The position numbers and the translations under genes are program-made. Positions 30,571-39,666 of a stretch of DNA of 64,000 nucleotides are shown piece by piece (position 1 is the first letter of the stretch; every line of letters starts with the position of its first letter). The stretch is from the NCBI GenBank assembly GCA_963844965.1, contig CAWJQC010000004.1:1-64000 (forward strand), read 5' to 3'. Origin of the DNA: an uncultured bacterium (GTDB taxonomy: Bacteria > Patescibacteriota > Minisyncoccia > UBA6257 > 2-01-FULL-56-20). The notes beneath the pieces were generated by a model that had not been told where the DNA came from, made no database searches, and was given only the letters and a program-made list of their open reading frames with translations.

Positions 30571-30600
30571 TTGCAAATATTTACTATCCGCGCTATAATG
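30571..30600 (+). promoter_or_regulatory. Near-consensus sigma70 promoter TTGCAA-17-TATAAT
   Basis: cttgcaaatatttactatccgcgctataat. Confidence 0.5.
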
Positions 30601-30649
30601 ATGCCAGCGTTTCAGTGGTTCAATTACTTCCGGAGCGTTGGAGGGTGAG

Positions 30650-30847
30650 ATGAGCAGAAGTATGTACGATTTTGACTTTCGACACTGTGAGGGCAAACCG
30701 TGCGGCAAAGAACCGCTCGGGATAGAACCGGAACCTAAAAAGAAATGTGTCGGCGCTGAATGCCACTTATATAGCTTGTGCGGCCTCGATAAGAAAACGC
30801 CCTGGGCCGAGCCGCTCGCGACAGGACCAGTCAGGTTGGCCGCATAA
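30650..30847 (+). CDS. Small Cys-rich protein (about 65 aa), followed by terminator at 30880-30905
   Basis: RBS ggagggtgagATG; CEGKPCG...CVGAECHLYSLCG; terminator gaccgccctcccggcggc plus T run. Confidence 0.4.
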   Translation: MSRSMYDFDFRHCEGKPCGKEPLGIEPEPKKKCVGAECHLYSLCGLDKKTPWAEPLATGPVRLAA

Positions 30848-30984
30848 ACACGAATGAATGGATAAAAAATAAAAAAGACCGCCCTCCCGGCGGCTTTGTT
30901 TTTTTGCTACACGTTACATGTTTCGTGTTACATGCCTACACCGATACACCGAGTTCACACCTCATCGGCGGGCAAGTCCGCCAA

Positions 30985-31284
30985 CTAAACCGATACACCT
31001 AATTTTTGGCGAATGCGCGCGCCGGATTCCTTGCGCACCCAATATAATTTAGCCCGGTGAACTTTTTTCGGTGAACTAACGACTGTAACCTTGTTAATAG
31101 CCGGTGAGTGTATAGGATAAACTTTCTCCACGCCGACGCCCGCGACAATCGCGCGCACCGTAAAGGTCGCGCCGGCCTCCGTTCCGTGCTTGCGCGCGAT
31201 GACCAATCCCCCGAACGGGACTTTACCTTCGTAAACCTTCACCCGCGCGCCGGGCTTTATTTTCTTCAGAAGTCTCCAGGTCAA
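30985..31284 (-). CDS. rplS: 50S ribosomal protein L19
   Basis: 99 aa; FTVRAIVAGVGVEKVYPIHSPAI...RRAKLYWVR. Confidence 0.85.
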   Translation of the reverse strand: MTWRLLKKIKPGARVKVYEGKVPFGGLVIARKHGTEAGATFTVRAIVAGVGVEKVYPIHSPAINKVTVVSSPKKVHRAKLYWVRKESGARIRQKLGVSV

Positions 31285-31369
31285 TCATAGTAAAAGGGTT
31301 TAGCCAATAGGATACAGCCAATGGAACTTTAATTCAAGTAGCTTAACTCTATGCCCTAGACCCTGTTGG

Positions 31370-31762
31370 CTACTTAAGGACGCTCTTGATTTTATTCACC
31401 AACTGATCAATGGAAACTTTTACCTTGACGAAGTATTCCGTCGCGCCGAATTGTTTGGCCTTGAGGACATCGCTTTCCTGCGCCAGGTTACTCAAAACTA
31501 TGACCGGGATCCGATTCATTAACGGATTCATGGAAATCGTCTCCAGCACCTCAAATCCCGACGCCTTCGGCAAGATCAAATCCAAAACAATAAGGTCGGG
31601 CTTCGCCTGTTTTAAAACATTCAACGCATCTGCCCCATCAAAGACCTGAACAACCGCAAAACCGTCTTTCTCAAGACGCGCTTTCAGGAGCGAAGAAAGA
31701 AATCGGTCGTCTTCAATGACGAAAACTGTCTTCTTGGTTGCCATGACATTATTATACCACAA
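31370..31762 (-). CDS. Response regulator, receiver domain only (CheY-like)
   Basis: VFVIEDDRFL...DLIVLDLILP...; conserved D/D/K positions. Confidence 0.8.
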   Translation of the reverse strand: MWYNNVMATKKTVFVIEDDRFLSSLLKARLEKDGFAVVQVFDGADALNVLKQAKPDLIVLDLILPKASGFEVLETISMNPLMNRIPVIVLSNLAQESDVLKAKQFGATEYFVKVKVSIDQLVNKIKSVLK

Positions 31763-32340
31763 TTGCGTGGGCAGTCGTGAATTTTACGCGGAAATGAACT
31801 TCCGCGCCGATCTGCGTTATGTCTGCGCTTGTCTGCGGTTGAACTTCGCCCGATATCTGAAAAAGAGCTTTTTAGTTGTCCCAACCTATCATGAAACACG
31901 CAACCTGAAACATGGAACATTACAAAATGTTTCATGCTTCATGTTTTATACTTCGTGCTTCACGTCGACTAACTATTTGTTAATAGTTTAATTGATCCAC
32001 GGGCAGCTTCCGCTACTCGTGCCTTGTTACGACTTATCCCATGTCACCGAGCTTAAGCTAAATCGCCTGAGGCGATCTTCACCTACTCCCGGCTCCCTTG
32101 GATTGACGGGCAGTGAGTACAGGACTCGAGAACGTATTCACCGCAACATAGCTGATTTGCGATTACTAGCGATTCCAGCTTCATGAGGGCAGGTTGCAGC
32201 CCTCAATCCGAACTGAGACCGGGTTTGATGGGATTAGCTCCGCCTTGCGACTTCGCAACCCATTGTCCCGGCCATTGTAGCACGAGTGTAGCCCAGGGCA
32301 TCAGAGGGCCATGCTGATTTGACGTCATCCCCTCCTTCCT

Positions 32341-32439
32341 CCCCGCTCAGAAACCACGAGACATGAGACACACGTCACGACTCACAAATTTATTGTGCAT
32401 CGTGCTACGTGTATCGTGCATCATGAACTCTGAGCGGGG
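32341..32439 (-). other. 16S intervening sequence 1: about 100-nt hairpin insertion closed by an 11-bp stem (ccccgctcaga/tctgagcgggg) in the helix 39/40 region
   Basis: Sequence between the conserved 1100 and 1190 blocks replaced by a self-complementary insert. Confidence 0.7.
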
Positions 32440-32511
32440 CAGTTTCGCGTGACACTTGTAACACACGATAGGGGTTGCGCTCGTTACCCCACTTAAGGGA
32501 ACACTTCAAAG

Positions 32512-32542
<31 letters not shown>

Positions 32543-32669
32543 ACGTGACGTCCTTGAGAGAGGGCCCGCCTTTCGGCAAGCTTTCGTCACGAATTTCAAG
32601 CCCTGGTAAGGTTCCTCGCTTACTGTCGAATTAAACCTCATGCTCCACCGCTTGTGCGAGTCCCCGTCT

Positions 32670-32701
<32 letters not shown>

Positions 32702-33161
32702 TCCCAGGCGGCCGACTTAACGCGTTAGCTCCGCCACTCCGAGGGTCGATACTCGAAACAGCAAGTCGGCATCGTTTAGGGCGTGGACTACAAGGGTATC
32801 TAATCCTTTTTGCTCCCCACGCTTTCGCGTCTCAGAGTCAGGAAGGTCCCAGTGCCATGCCTTCGCCTTTGGTGTTCCGCACGATATCAACGGATTTCAC
32901 CCCTACACCGTGCGTTCCAGGCACCTCTAACCTCCTCTAGTTTCGCCGTATCTCCTGCACTTCCACCGTTAGGCGGTGGGATTTAACAGAAGACGCACGA
33001 AACCTCCTACACGCTCTTTACGCCCAATAAATCCGGATAACGCTCGAGGTCTACGTATTACCGCGGGTGCTGGCACGTAGTTACCAACCTCTTTCCGTAT
33101 GGTACGGTCACCCAGCACTTTTGGAACGAACTTTTCTAATTTGCTCAAATTTTTGGAGGTA

Positions 33162-33190
33162 TTGACAACAGCAATCACTTCTGCTATAAT
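33162..33190 (+). promoter_or_regulatory. Perfect consensus sigma70 promoter (TTGACA-17-TATAAT) inside IVS-2, oriented antisense to the rRNA
   Basis: ttgacaacagcaatcacttctgctataat. Confidence 0.6.
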
Positions 33191-33269
33191 GCCCATAGCA
33201 CATTGGGAGACCAACGTGCCGCACGTCGGGCCTCAGCCCTTGTGCAATTCCCAAAAGGAGAATTGATTT

Positions 33270-33461
33270 ATGCGTGCCAAATTCCCGTCACAAGTCACGG
33301 ATCGAATACTGGAAGCAGCCAAGAAAGAGTACTCCTTCCAGATCAATCATGCGGAATTAGGGCGGCGGCTGTTTACGCGCAAGCACTGTGGCACGAGAAT
33401 GGTTCAGGTAAAAGTCTTTCTGCAAGGAAGACAACAACCTGCCATACTCGGAAAACAATAA
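33270..33461 (+). CDS. 63-aa ORF inside 16S IVS-2, antisense to the rRNA (MRAKFPSQVTDRILEAAKKEYSFQINHAELGRRLFTRKHCGTRMVQVKVFLQGRQQPAILGKQ); has its own promoter, SD and terminator
   Basis: SD aaaaggagaa 6 nt before ATG; intrinsic terminator ctgccaccagaagctttccggtggcag plus TTTTTT at 33543-33575. Confidence 0.45.
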   Translation: MRAKFPSQVTDRILEAAKKEYSFQINHAELGRRLFTRKHCGTRMVQVKVFLQGRQQPAILGKQ

Positions 33462-33542
33462 CCACAGATGCACGGACGCCGCAGTATGCCCCGTTTGTTT
33501 GCTGGCATATGTCATGACTAACGACTAGCTGCCACCTTTCTA

Positions 33543-33575
33543 CTGCCACCAGAAGCTTTCCGGTGGCAGTTTTTT
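33543..33575 (+). terminator. Rho-independent terminator of the IVS-2 mini-gene
   Basis: 11-bp GC-rich stem followed by a T6 run. Confidence 0.6.
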
Positions 33576-34434
33576 AAATCCAAAAATTTGAGCAAATTAG
33601 TTTTCCCGCCAAAAGTGCTGGGTTCTTCCCATACTACCGCAGTTTACAACCCGAAGGCCTTCTTCCTGCACGCGGCGTCGCTCGATCAGGCTTTCGCCCA
33701 TTGTCGAATATTCTCGGCTACTGCCACCCGTAGGTGTACGAACCGTTTCTCAGTTTCGTCGTTGGGGGTCAGGCTCTCACCTCCCCTACCGGTCATAGCC
33801 TTGGTAGGCCGTTACCCTGCCAACTAGCTGATCGGACCTAGGCCGCTCTTGGAGCGTCTTGCGACTTTGGATGCGAATGGCTTTCGCCCCCGCATCATCA
33901 TCAGGAATTACCCCGCCTTTCGGCGAGCTGTGCCCGTCTCCAAGGTACGTTACCAAGGTGTTACTAACTCGTTCGCCGCTCACTATTTTCCTTGCGGAAA
34001 ATAGTTCGCTCAACTTGCATGCCTTATCCACGCCGCCAGCGTTCATCCTGGACCAGGATCAAATCCTCAGTAAAAATCGCGCATTTATTCAATACGCGAG
34101 ATTGTGCGCCATGCATGACGCCCAAACTCGCGCATCTCACTCGTGCGTGAGTTCATACCGCGATTGATTTATTGATCTCGGTTTATTTCAATTCCAAACC
34201 GAAAAATGAATCTTATTGGGACAACTAAAAAACTCTTTTTTATTTACTTTTCTCATATTAATTTTTCAATCTGCAGTCGGCGCAGTCCTTTACCCCGCAC
34301 ATTACCTTCGGTAATAACGGGGCGAGCAACAAAACATCCCCCCTACACATTCTAAACCTCAGAAGAATGTGTAGGGCGGATGTCTTTAGACACACCATAA
34401 TATTGAGATATCAAACCTATCCGTTTTCCATATT

Positions 34435-34467
34435 GATAATTATATTCTACCCACAACCCTTGTCAAG
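34435..34467 (-). promoter_or_regulatory. Candidate rRNA promoter (TTGACA-16-TATAAT on the minus strand), about 370 nt upstream of the 16S 5' end
   Basis: Reverse complement reads cttgacaagggttgtgggtagaatataat. Confidence 0.4.
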
Positions 34468-34497
34468 CACCTATGATTGTGTATAATCTATAGCATT

Positions 34498-34770
34498 ATG
34501 GCCAAGAAAGACCTGCATCCCCAATATTATCCCGCCGCCAAGGTGCACTGCGCCTGCGGAAACACTTTCACAGTTGGCTCAACCAAACCCGAGATTCAGG
34601 TTGAAATCTGCCACAAGTGCCACCCGTTCTATACCGGCGAAGAAAAACTGATAGATACCGCTGGACGCGTGGAGAAGTTTAAGATACGACGGGCCAAAGC
34701 AGTCACGGCTCCCAAGAAAAAGCCCCGACGCGCCCGAGCAACGGAGGACAAGAAGGAACATCGGAAATAA
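34498..34770 (+). CDS. rpmE: 50S ribosomal protein L31
   Basis: [24 protein letters not shown]...[13 protein letters not shown]. Confidence 0.85.
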   Translation: MAKKDLHPQYYPAAKVHCACGNTFTVGSTKPEIQVEICHKCHPFYTGEEKLIDTAGRVEKFKIRRAKAVTAPKKKPRRARATEDKKEHRK

Positions 34771-34955
34771 TCCCCCTACACATTGTTTGAATTTTGACAA
34801 TGTGTAGGGAAAACCAAGGAAACAAGGAAGCGGCCTCTACGTGAGGCCGCTTCGCGTTCTTGCTCGGATAAAAATCGGTCGTATTGCAAACTGTCCGATA
34901 TTTGTAAATCGGCTGCCCGCCACAATCGGCTGACCTCAAAAACGCGAAACTATTT

Positions 34956-35717
34956 CTAACCGACCTTCGGCAACGAGAAACGGAATGTTGAACCTTTACC
35001 TTCCCCCTCGCTTTCGGCCGAAATCTTCCCGCCATGCGCCTCAATAATGCTCTTAGTTATATGGGGCCCGATGCCCGAACCCATGATTTCGTTCCTCACG
35101 CGCTTATCGCGGACATATTCTCTGAAGTTCAGCGGATTCACGCCCGGATCAAAGCCAATGCCGGAATCTTTAACCATGAAGACCGCCTCGCCGTCCTTTT
35201 CTTCCACTCTCACGCCTACGAATCCCTCGGGGGTGTATTTGATAGCGTTGTCAATGAGATTTCTGATGGCGTGCTTCAGCTCCCGCGGGTCAGCGTTCAC
35301 GAAAATATCCCTCGCCGACGCGCTGAACGTCAGATCAATTTCTTGAACGTCGGCGAGCGGTCGCAAACCTTCAACCACGTCTTTTGCCAAACCCACCAGA
35401 TCGGTTTTTGAAAATTCGTACTCCATTTTTCCCTCTTCAACTTTTCTCAAATCAACCATGTTGGTTACGGTTTCAACGAGGTCGTCGGTCGTGGTTTCAA
35501 TTTTCCCGAGAGTTTCTTTCGCTTTCTCGTCTATAACTCCGCACAAGCCCTCACGCAGCAAGGTTGCATAACCTTTTATGACCGCGAGGGGAGTTTTCAT
35601 TTCGTGGGAAGCAATCGCAATAAGCCGGGTGCCGAAGCGATTGGCCTCTTCAAGTTTGCGCCGCATTTGTTCAAGTTCATCCGCAAGTTCCTGCAAGCGG
35701 GTATTAATGTCAGCCAT
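34956..35717 (-). CDS. Cytoplasmic sensor histidine kinase (HisKA plus HATPase_c)
   Basis: H-box IASHEMKTPL; N, G1 and G2 boxes (NLIDNAIKYT, VKDSGIGF, GSGIG). Confidence 0.8.
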   Translation of the reverse strand: MADINTRLQELADELEQMRRKLEEANRFGTRLIAIASHEMKTPLAVIKGYATLLREGLCGVIDEKAKETLGKIETTTDDLVETVTNMVDLRKVEEGKMEYEFSKTDLVGLAKDVVEGLRPLADVQEIDLTFSASARDIFVNADPRELKHAIRNLIDNAIKYTPEGFVGVRVEEKDGEAVFMVKDSGIGFDPGVNPLNFREYVRDKRVRNEIMGSGIGPHITKSIIEAHGGKISAESEGEGKGSTFRFSLPKVG

Positions 35718-35822
35718 ATTAAAATTCTAACATTGCGCCCAGAAATTTTGTAGATGCACTTGAAAAGCATGCCGCTTCCGTGTTATATTCGGATAAGCTA
35801 ATTTACATCTCTGTGAGGCGCG

Positions 35823-36665
35823 ATGAATTTTATGTATCGGATGGGGTTTTCGGCAATTCTGAAAGTGCGGAATGTCTACCTTGCCTTCCCAAGATGCTAT
35901 AAAGCGGCTGCCGAATGCTACGAAAAAATCGTTTGGTGGCACCTGCTCGTGGCGCCTATCATTCTCATAATCGGCGGCTTCGTGTGGGGCATCGTGACCG
36001 GCGGCCTTTTGTGGGGTCTGAAATGCGGCTCCGGCGTTTTCTTCCTGTTCTTCGAAGCCGAGGGCGTAATCGGATTCTGGGCAAAAGTCATCGGCATCTC
36101 GTTACGTGGGGCGGTGGTCCTCTCCATATTGTGCAGTTCTTACGATATCTTCTGTTTGTTCATACTATCAAACAAAGCGGTGGCTGGCCTAAGGCGTTCG
36201 GTAAAAGCCAACCCGGAAAAGGCCGGCGACTCCTGGACTGACAAATTTTTCTTTCTTGTGCGGGCATTTGAATCCCGCGCTCACGTGGCGGCCGCTGAGG
36301 TTGAAGACAAGGTAAAAAATCTGGAAACTGAATCGGACAACTCGCGGTTCGCCAGAGCATACCGTTGGTTCAAAAGACGCAAGTTACTTTACGCGACGCT
36401 TCCGATCTTCGGATTCGTAGTCGGCGCCCTTTTCATCGGCGTCCCCCTGTCCGTTGTCTGTGGGCTGAATCAGTTGCTTTCCTTTGTCCTAATCGTATCC
36501 GGCAATGCACTGAAGATGATCGCGGCCGGCTATACCGTCTTAAAGATAGGAATGTTCGGCGTCATTCTTTCAGTTGTAGCTGTGGCGTTCGCCGAAAAGG
36601 CAATCAAGTTCTGCATTAGAAAATGGCGGCATCGCCATCTGCAACATAAGAAGGGCCTCGCTTAG
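35823..36665 (+). CDS. Hypothetical polytopic membrane protein
   Basis: 280 aa with more than six hydrophobic helices. Confidence 0.45.
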   Translation: MNFMYRMGFSAILKVRNVYLAFPRCYKAAAECYEKIVWWHLLVAPIILIIGGFVWGIVTGGLLWGLKCGSGVFFLFFEAEGVIGFWAKVIGISLRGAVVLSILCSSYDIFCLFILSNKAVAGLRRSVKANPEKAGDSWTDKFFFLVRAFESRAHVAAAEVEDKVKNLETESDNSRFARAYRWFKRRKLLYATLPIFGFVVGALFIGVPLSVVCGLNQLLSFVLIVSGNALKMIAAGYTVLKIGMFGVILSVVAVAFAEKAIKFCIRKWRHRHLQHKKGLA

Positions 36666-36724
36666 CGGGGCCTTATTTAATCAATGGCAAAATCCGAGTA
36701 GGCGACAATTTCCCCCGACCATAA

Positions 36725-37126
36725 TCAGGGCGCAACATTCAACAATGTCTTGATTTGATCGACCGTCTTGTTCAGATCGTCGGATTTTTTGATGTACCCA
36801 TCGGCGCCCAATTCCCCGGCAAAGCGACGGTCAATTTCCTGTATTTCCCGCCGCGGATCGCCCAAACTTGATAGAAAAACCACTTTTATATTTTTGGTTT
36901 CGGGGTCACTCTTCAACCGCAATACTGCGTCGGCGCCGCTTACTCCCGGCATCTTCACGTCCATTAAAATTAAATCCGGCTTCAATTCTTTAGCCATTTT
37001 TATCCCGCTCTCACCGTCCCCAGCCGTTTCCACTCTAAATCCAGCACTGGTCAACTTCATGCCAAAAATCTCCAGAAAGTCCGGCTCATCGTCAACAATC
37101 AATATCAAGGGTTGTTTATCTGTCAT
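36725..37126 (-). CDS. Response regulator, receiver domain only
   Basis: LILIVDDEPDFLEIF...DLILMDVKMPGVSG. Confidence 0.8.
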   Translation of the reverse strand: MTDKQPLILIVDDEPDFLEIFGMKLTSAGFRVETAGDGESGIKMAKELKPDLILMDVKMPGVSGADAVLRLKSDPETKNIKVVFLSSLGDPRREIQEIDRRFAGELGADGYIKKSDDLNKTVDQIKTLLNVAP

Positions 37127-37337
37127 ATTACCTGCTTTAATTATACAATATCATTATATCATAATTGGCACTAAACACGGGAAGCGTGCCGAAACGCGTA
37201 GAGCGACAGCCGCGCCGGCACAATCCCCATTTACGAAACCATGAACAAAATAATCCTAGAAATCCGGGCTGGAACGGGCTTGCCCGCCATAGCCAAATTT
37301 TATAAATAATTCAAGTACGAAGTGGTGCAACAAAAGC

Positions 37338-38057
37338 ATGACAAATAAAGTTATTTTGGAAATAAGGGCGGGGGCGGGAGGTGACGAAGCCGCTATCTTT
37401 GCGGGCGATCTCGCGCGAATGTACCAACGCTACGCCGCAAGGCGCGGCTGGGGATTCGCGACGCTTGACTCAAACGAAACATCGCTCGGCGGCTATAAAA
37501 CATTTATCGCCGAGATAAAAGGAGAAAATGTTTATGACGCGCTGAAAAACGAATCTGGCGTCCATCGCGTCCAGCGCGTGCCGAAAACCGAGAAATCGGG
37601 ACGTGTACACACCTCAACCGCTTCAGTGGCTGTGATTCCCGAAGTGGAAGCAAAACTGGTTGATGTCAACCCGAACGACTTGGAAGTGACATTTTCTCGC
37701 GCCGGCGGCCCCGGCGGCCAGAACGTCAACAAGGTTGAAACGGCCGTAAGGATCTTGCACAAACCGACCGGCATCGTCGTTTCCTGCCGTGAAGAACGCT
37801 CACAGAACGCCAACCGCGAAAAAGCTCTGGAAATTCTGCGCGCGAAATTATTCGAACTTCAGCGCGAACAAGCAGCCGGCAAAGTAAGCGAAATCCGCCG
37901 CGAACAAATCGGCTCCGCCGAACGCGCGGAAAAGATACGCACATATAATTTCCCAGAAGACAGAATCACCGACCACCGCCTCGGAAAGAAGTTTCACAAC
38001 ATAGAGAAAATTCTTGACGGGGATTTGGAACCGATAGTCAAGGCTTTCCAAAAATAA
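37338..38057 (+). CDS. prfA: Class I peptide chain release factor, RF1-like, lacking the N-terminal domain; PKT in place of PAT
   Basis: GGQ motif ([10 protein letters not shown]), [14 protein letters not shown]; only 239 aa and only 207 nt of upstream space; a pseudo-start duplicate MNKIILEIRAGTG lies at 37241. Confidence 0.7.
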   Translation: MTNKVILEIRAGAGGDEAAIFAGDLARMYQRYAARRGWGFATLDSNETSLGGYKTFIAEIKGENVYDALKNESGVHRVQRVPKTEKSGRVHTSTASVAVIPEVEAKLVDVNPNDLEVTFSRAGGPGGQNVNKVETAVRILHKPTGIVVSCREERSQNANREKALEILRAKLFELQREQAAGKVSEIRREQIGSAERAEKIRTYNFPEDRITDHRLGKKFHNIEKILDGDLEPIVKAFQK

Positions 38058-38067
38058 AACGAGGCGG

Positions 38068-38406
38068 TTATTTCCGCCTCTTGACCTTCTTGGTTTTGGA
38101 ATCCCGCCTTCCCGCGGGCTCCGGCTCCGTCCTACCGCCAAAATACATCCGGCTGTCAATTTCAATCCTGGTGCCGCATCCCGGGCAGGGAACATAATGA
38201 ACAATAAAATCCTGTGTGCCGACAGCGCCTCCGTCAACTGTCTGGATTTGCGCGACCACCTTTTTTCCATCATTTTTCTCAAGTTGGAATTGGCATGCGC
38301 AAATACTGTTGTTGCATACCCAAACTTTTTCCAGCCAATCAGGCCAAACGCTCTTAGATTTCCATTCTCTTACTACGTGCACGCGCCGACTAACCAGTAT
38401 TTTCAT
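38068..38406 (-). CDS. Hypothetical zinc-ribbon protein
   Basis: CPGCGTRIEID plus CNNSICAC cysteine pairs. Confidence 0.4.
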   Translation of the reverse strand: MKILVSRRVHVVREWKSKSVWPDWLEKVWVCNNSICACQFQLEKNDGKKVVAQIQTVDGGAVGTQDFIVHYVPCPGCGTRIEIDSRMYFGGRTEPEPAGRRDSKTKKVKRRK

Positions 38407-38500
38407 TGCTAACCTCCTTCCTTCTTGTGAAATATCACTCAACCACATGACAAGGCAACTGAGAATACAATATTGCACAATTATTAAAAAGTCAAATGAG

Positions 38501-38998
38501 CTACCGCGCCTTGCTGATTAATCCGTCCACATCTTTCAATTCTTCCCAAATGCCGTCAATCAAATCATATTTCTTAGCCTCTTCAAGCGTTACCCAGACG
38601 TGATCGGTCAGGTCCTTGCACAATTTTACTTCACCGCTTTTGTAAAACGTCCAGTATGACAGCGTGACCACGGGGAAACCATCAGGGCGGATGAAAACCA
38701 AATCCGTCAAATATTGCGGCTTCTCTATTTCCAGACCGACCTCCTCGCGCACCTCCTTGCGCACGAGCCAATCCATAATGCCGTAGTATTGAAAATATTC
38801 CGTCTCGTGCGGCAGTTTCTCGTATTCATGAACCACAAGTTTCCCGCCCGGCACGGTCCATTTATTCGGGAACGCTTTCTCGTGCGGCGCGCGCTTGGCG
38901 ATCAAAAACCGCGCAACGTCCTGAGCCGAAGGCGAAGGATCTCTTTTGACGATAATCGCTGTCGCGGTTACGAAATGCAGGCGAGGGTCAGTGTCCAT
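38501..38998 (-). CDS. NUDIX hydrolase
   Basis: Nudix box G.....E.....REVREEVGLEI. Confidence 0.8.
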   Translation of the reverse strand: MDTDPRLHFVTATAIIVKRDPSPSAQDVARFLIAKRAPHEKAFPNKWTVPGGKLVVHEYEKLPHETEYFQYYGIMDWLVRKEVREEVGLEIEKPQYLTDLVFIRPDGFPVVTLSYWTFYKSGEVKLCKDLTDHVWVTLEEAKKYDLIDGIWEELKDVDGLISKAR

Positions 38999-39115
38999 TT
39001 CAATTTAATTCCCGACATTTACGAAAGCTCAAAGGGGTAAATTATTCTTCTTCCCTGTGTTCTAAAACTTTCTCGCGCGCCGCTGCAAGTCTACTCGCCT
39101 CTTCGGTTTGGCGAA

Positions 39116-39514
39116 TCACATCTTTCCGACGATCTCTTCGATTTTCACTAAACCCTTCCCAACCATTTCCAGTCTATTCGCCAAAGCACCGACATTCTTC
39201 ATCTCTGCCTCGATTCTCTCAGTTTCTTCTCCTTTTTCCGCATTTTTATATTTCCCCTTAAGCCCCTCTTCCAACTTACGAAGTCCTTCACAAATCGTAT
39301 GCATGTCATGCTCAGTAAAATATTTACCAAGATCTTTTGACATCGAATCTGTTTTTATCATCTCTCTCTTAGCCTCTGCTTTCTGGTCGCCCGTTGCAAT
39401 AAGTCGTCCTTCTCTGTCAACCTCGGCTCCTCCTTTTACCATCTCGGCCTCTTGTATTCTGGCGCTTGCTATTTCCTCCGGCGTCATTCTTGGGAATTCT
39501 TCTGATTTTGGCAT
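39116..39514 (-). CDS. Hypothetical protein (charged, helical)
   Basis: 132-aa ORF. Confidence 0.4.
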   Translation of the reverse strand: MPKSEEFPRMTPEEIASARIQEAEMVKGGAEVDREGRLIATGDQKAEAKREMIKTDSMSKDLGKYFTEHDMHTICEGLRKLEEGLKGKYKNAEKGEETERIEAEMKNVGALANRLEMVGKGLVKIEEIVGKM

Positions 39515-39666
39515 TGTTTTAACTGTTTAATAATTTTACGGATACGACCTTTTTAGTAAGATACCAATATACAAATGCATGCAAATGATACAAATAATAC
39601 GAATTAATTATTAGTATCCATTCGTATCATTAGTACCATTTGTATATTTGTATCATAGTTTCAAAT

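Larger units (their letters stand above)
33111..33622 (-). other. 16S intervening sequence 2 (about 510 bp, helix 17 / V3 region), bounded by about 45-bp imperfect inverted repeats (33111-33156 and 33580-33622)
   Basis: cccagcacttttggaacgaacttttctaatttgctcaaatttttgg versus ccaaaaatttgagcaaattagttttcccgccaaaagtgctggg. Confidence 0.75.
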
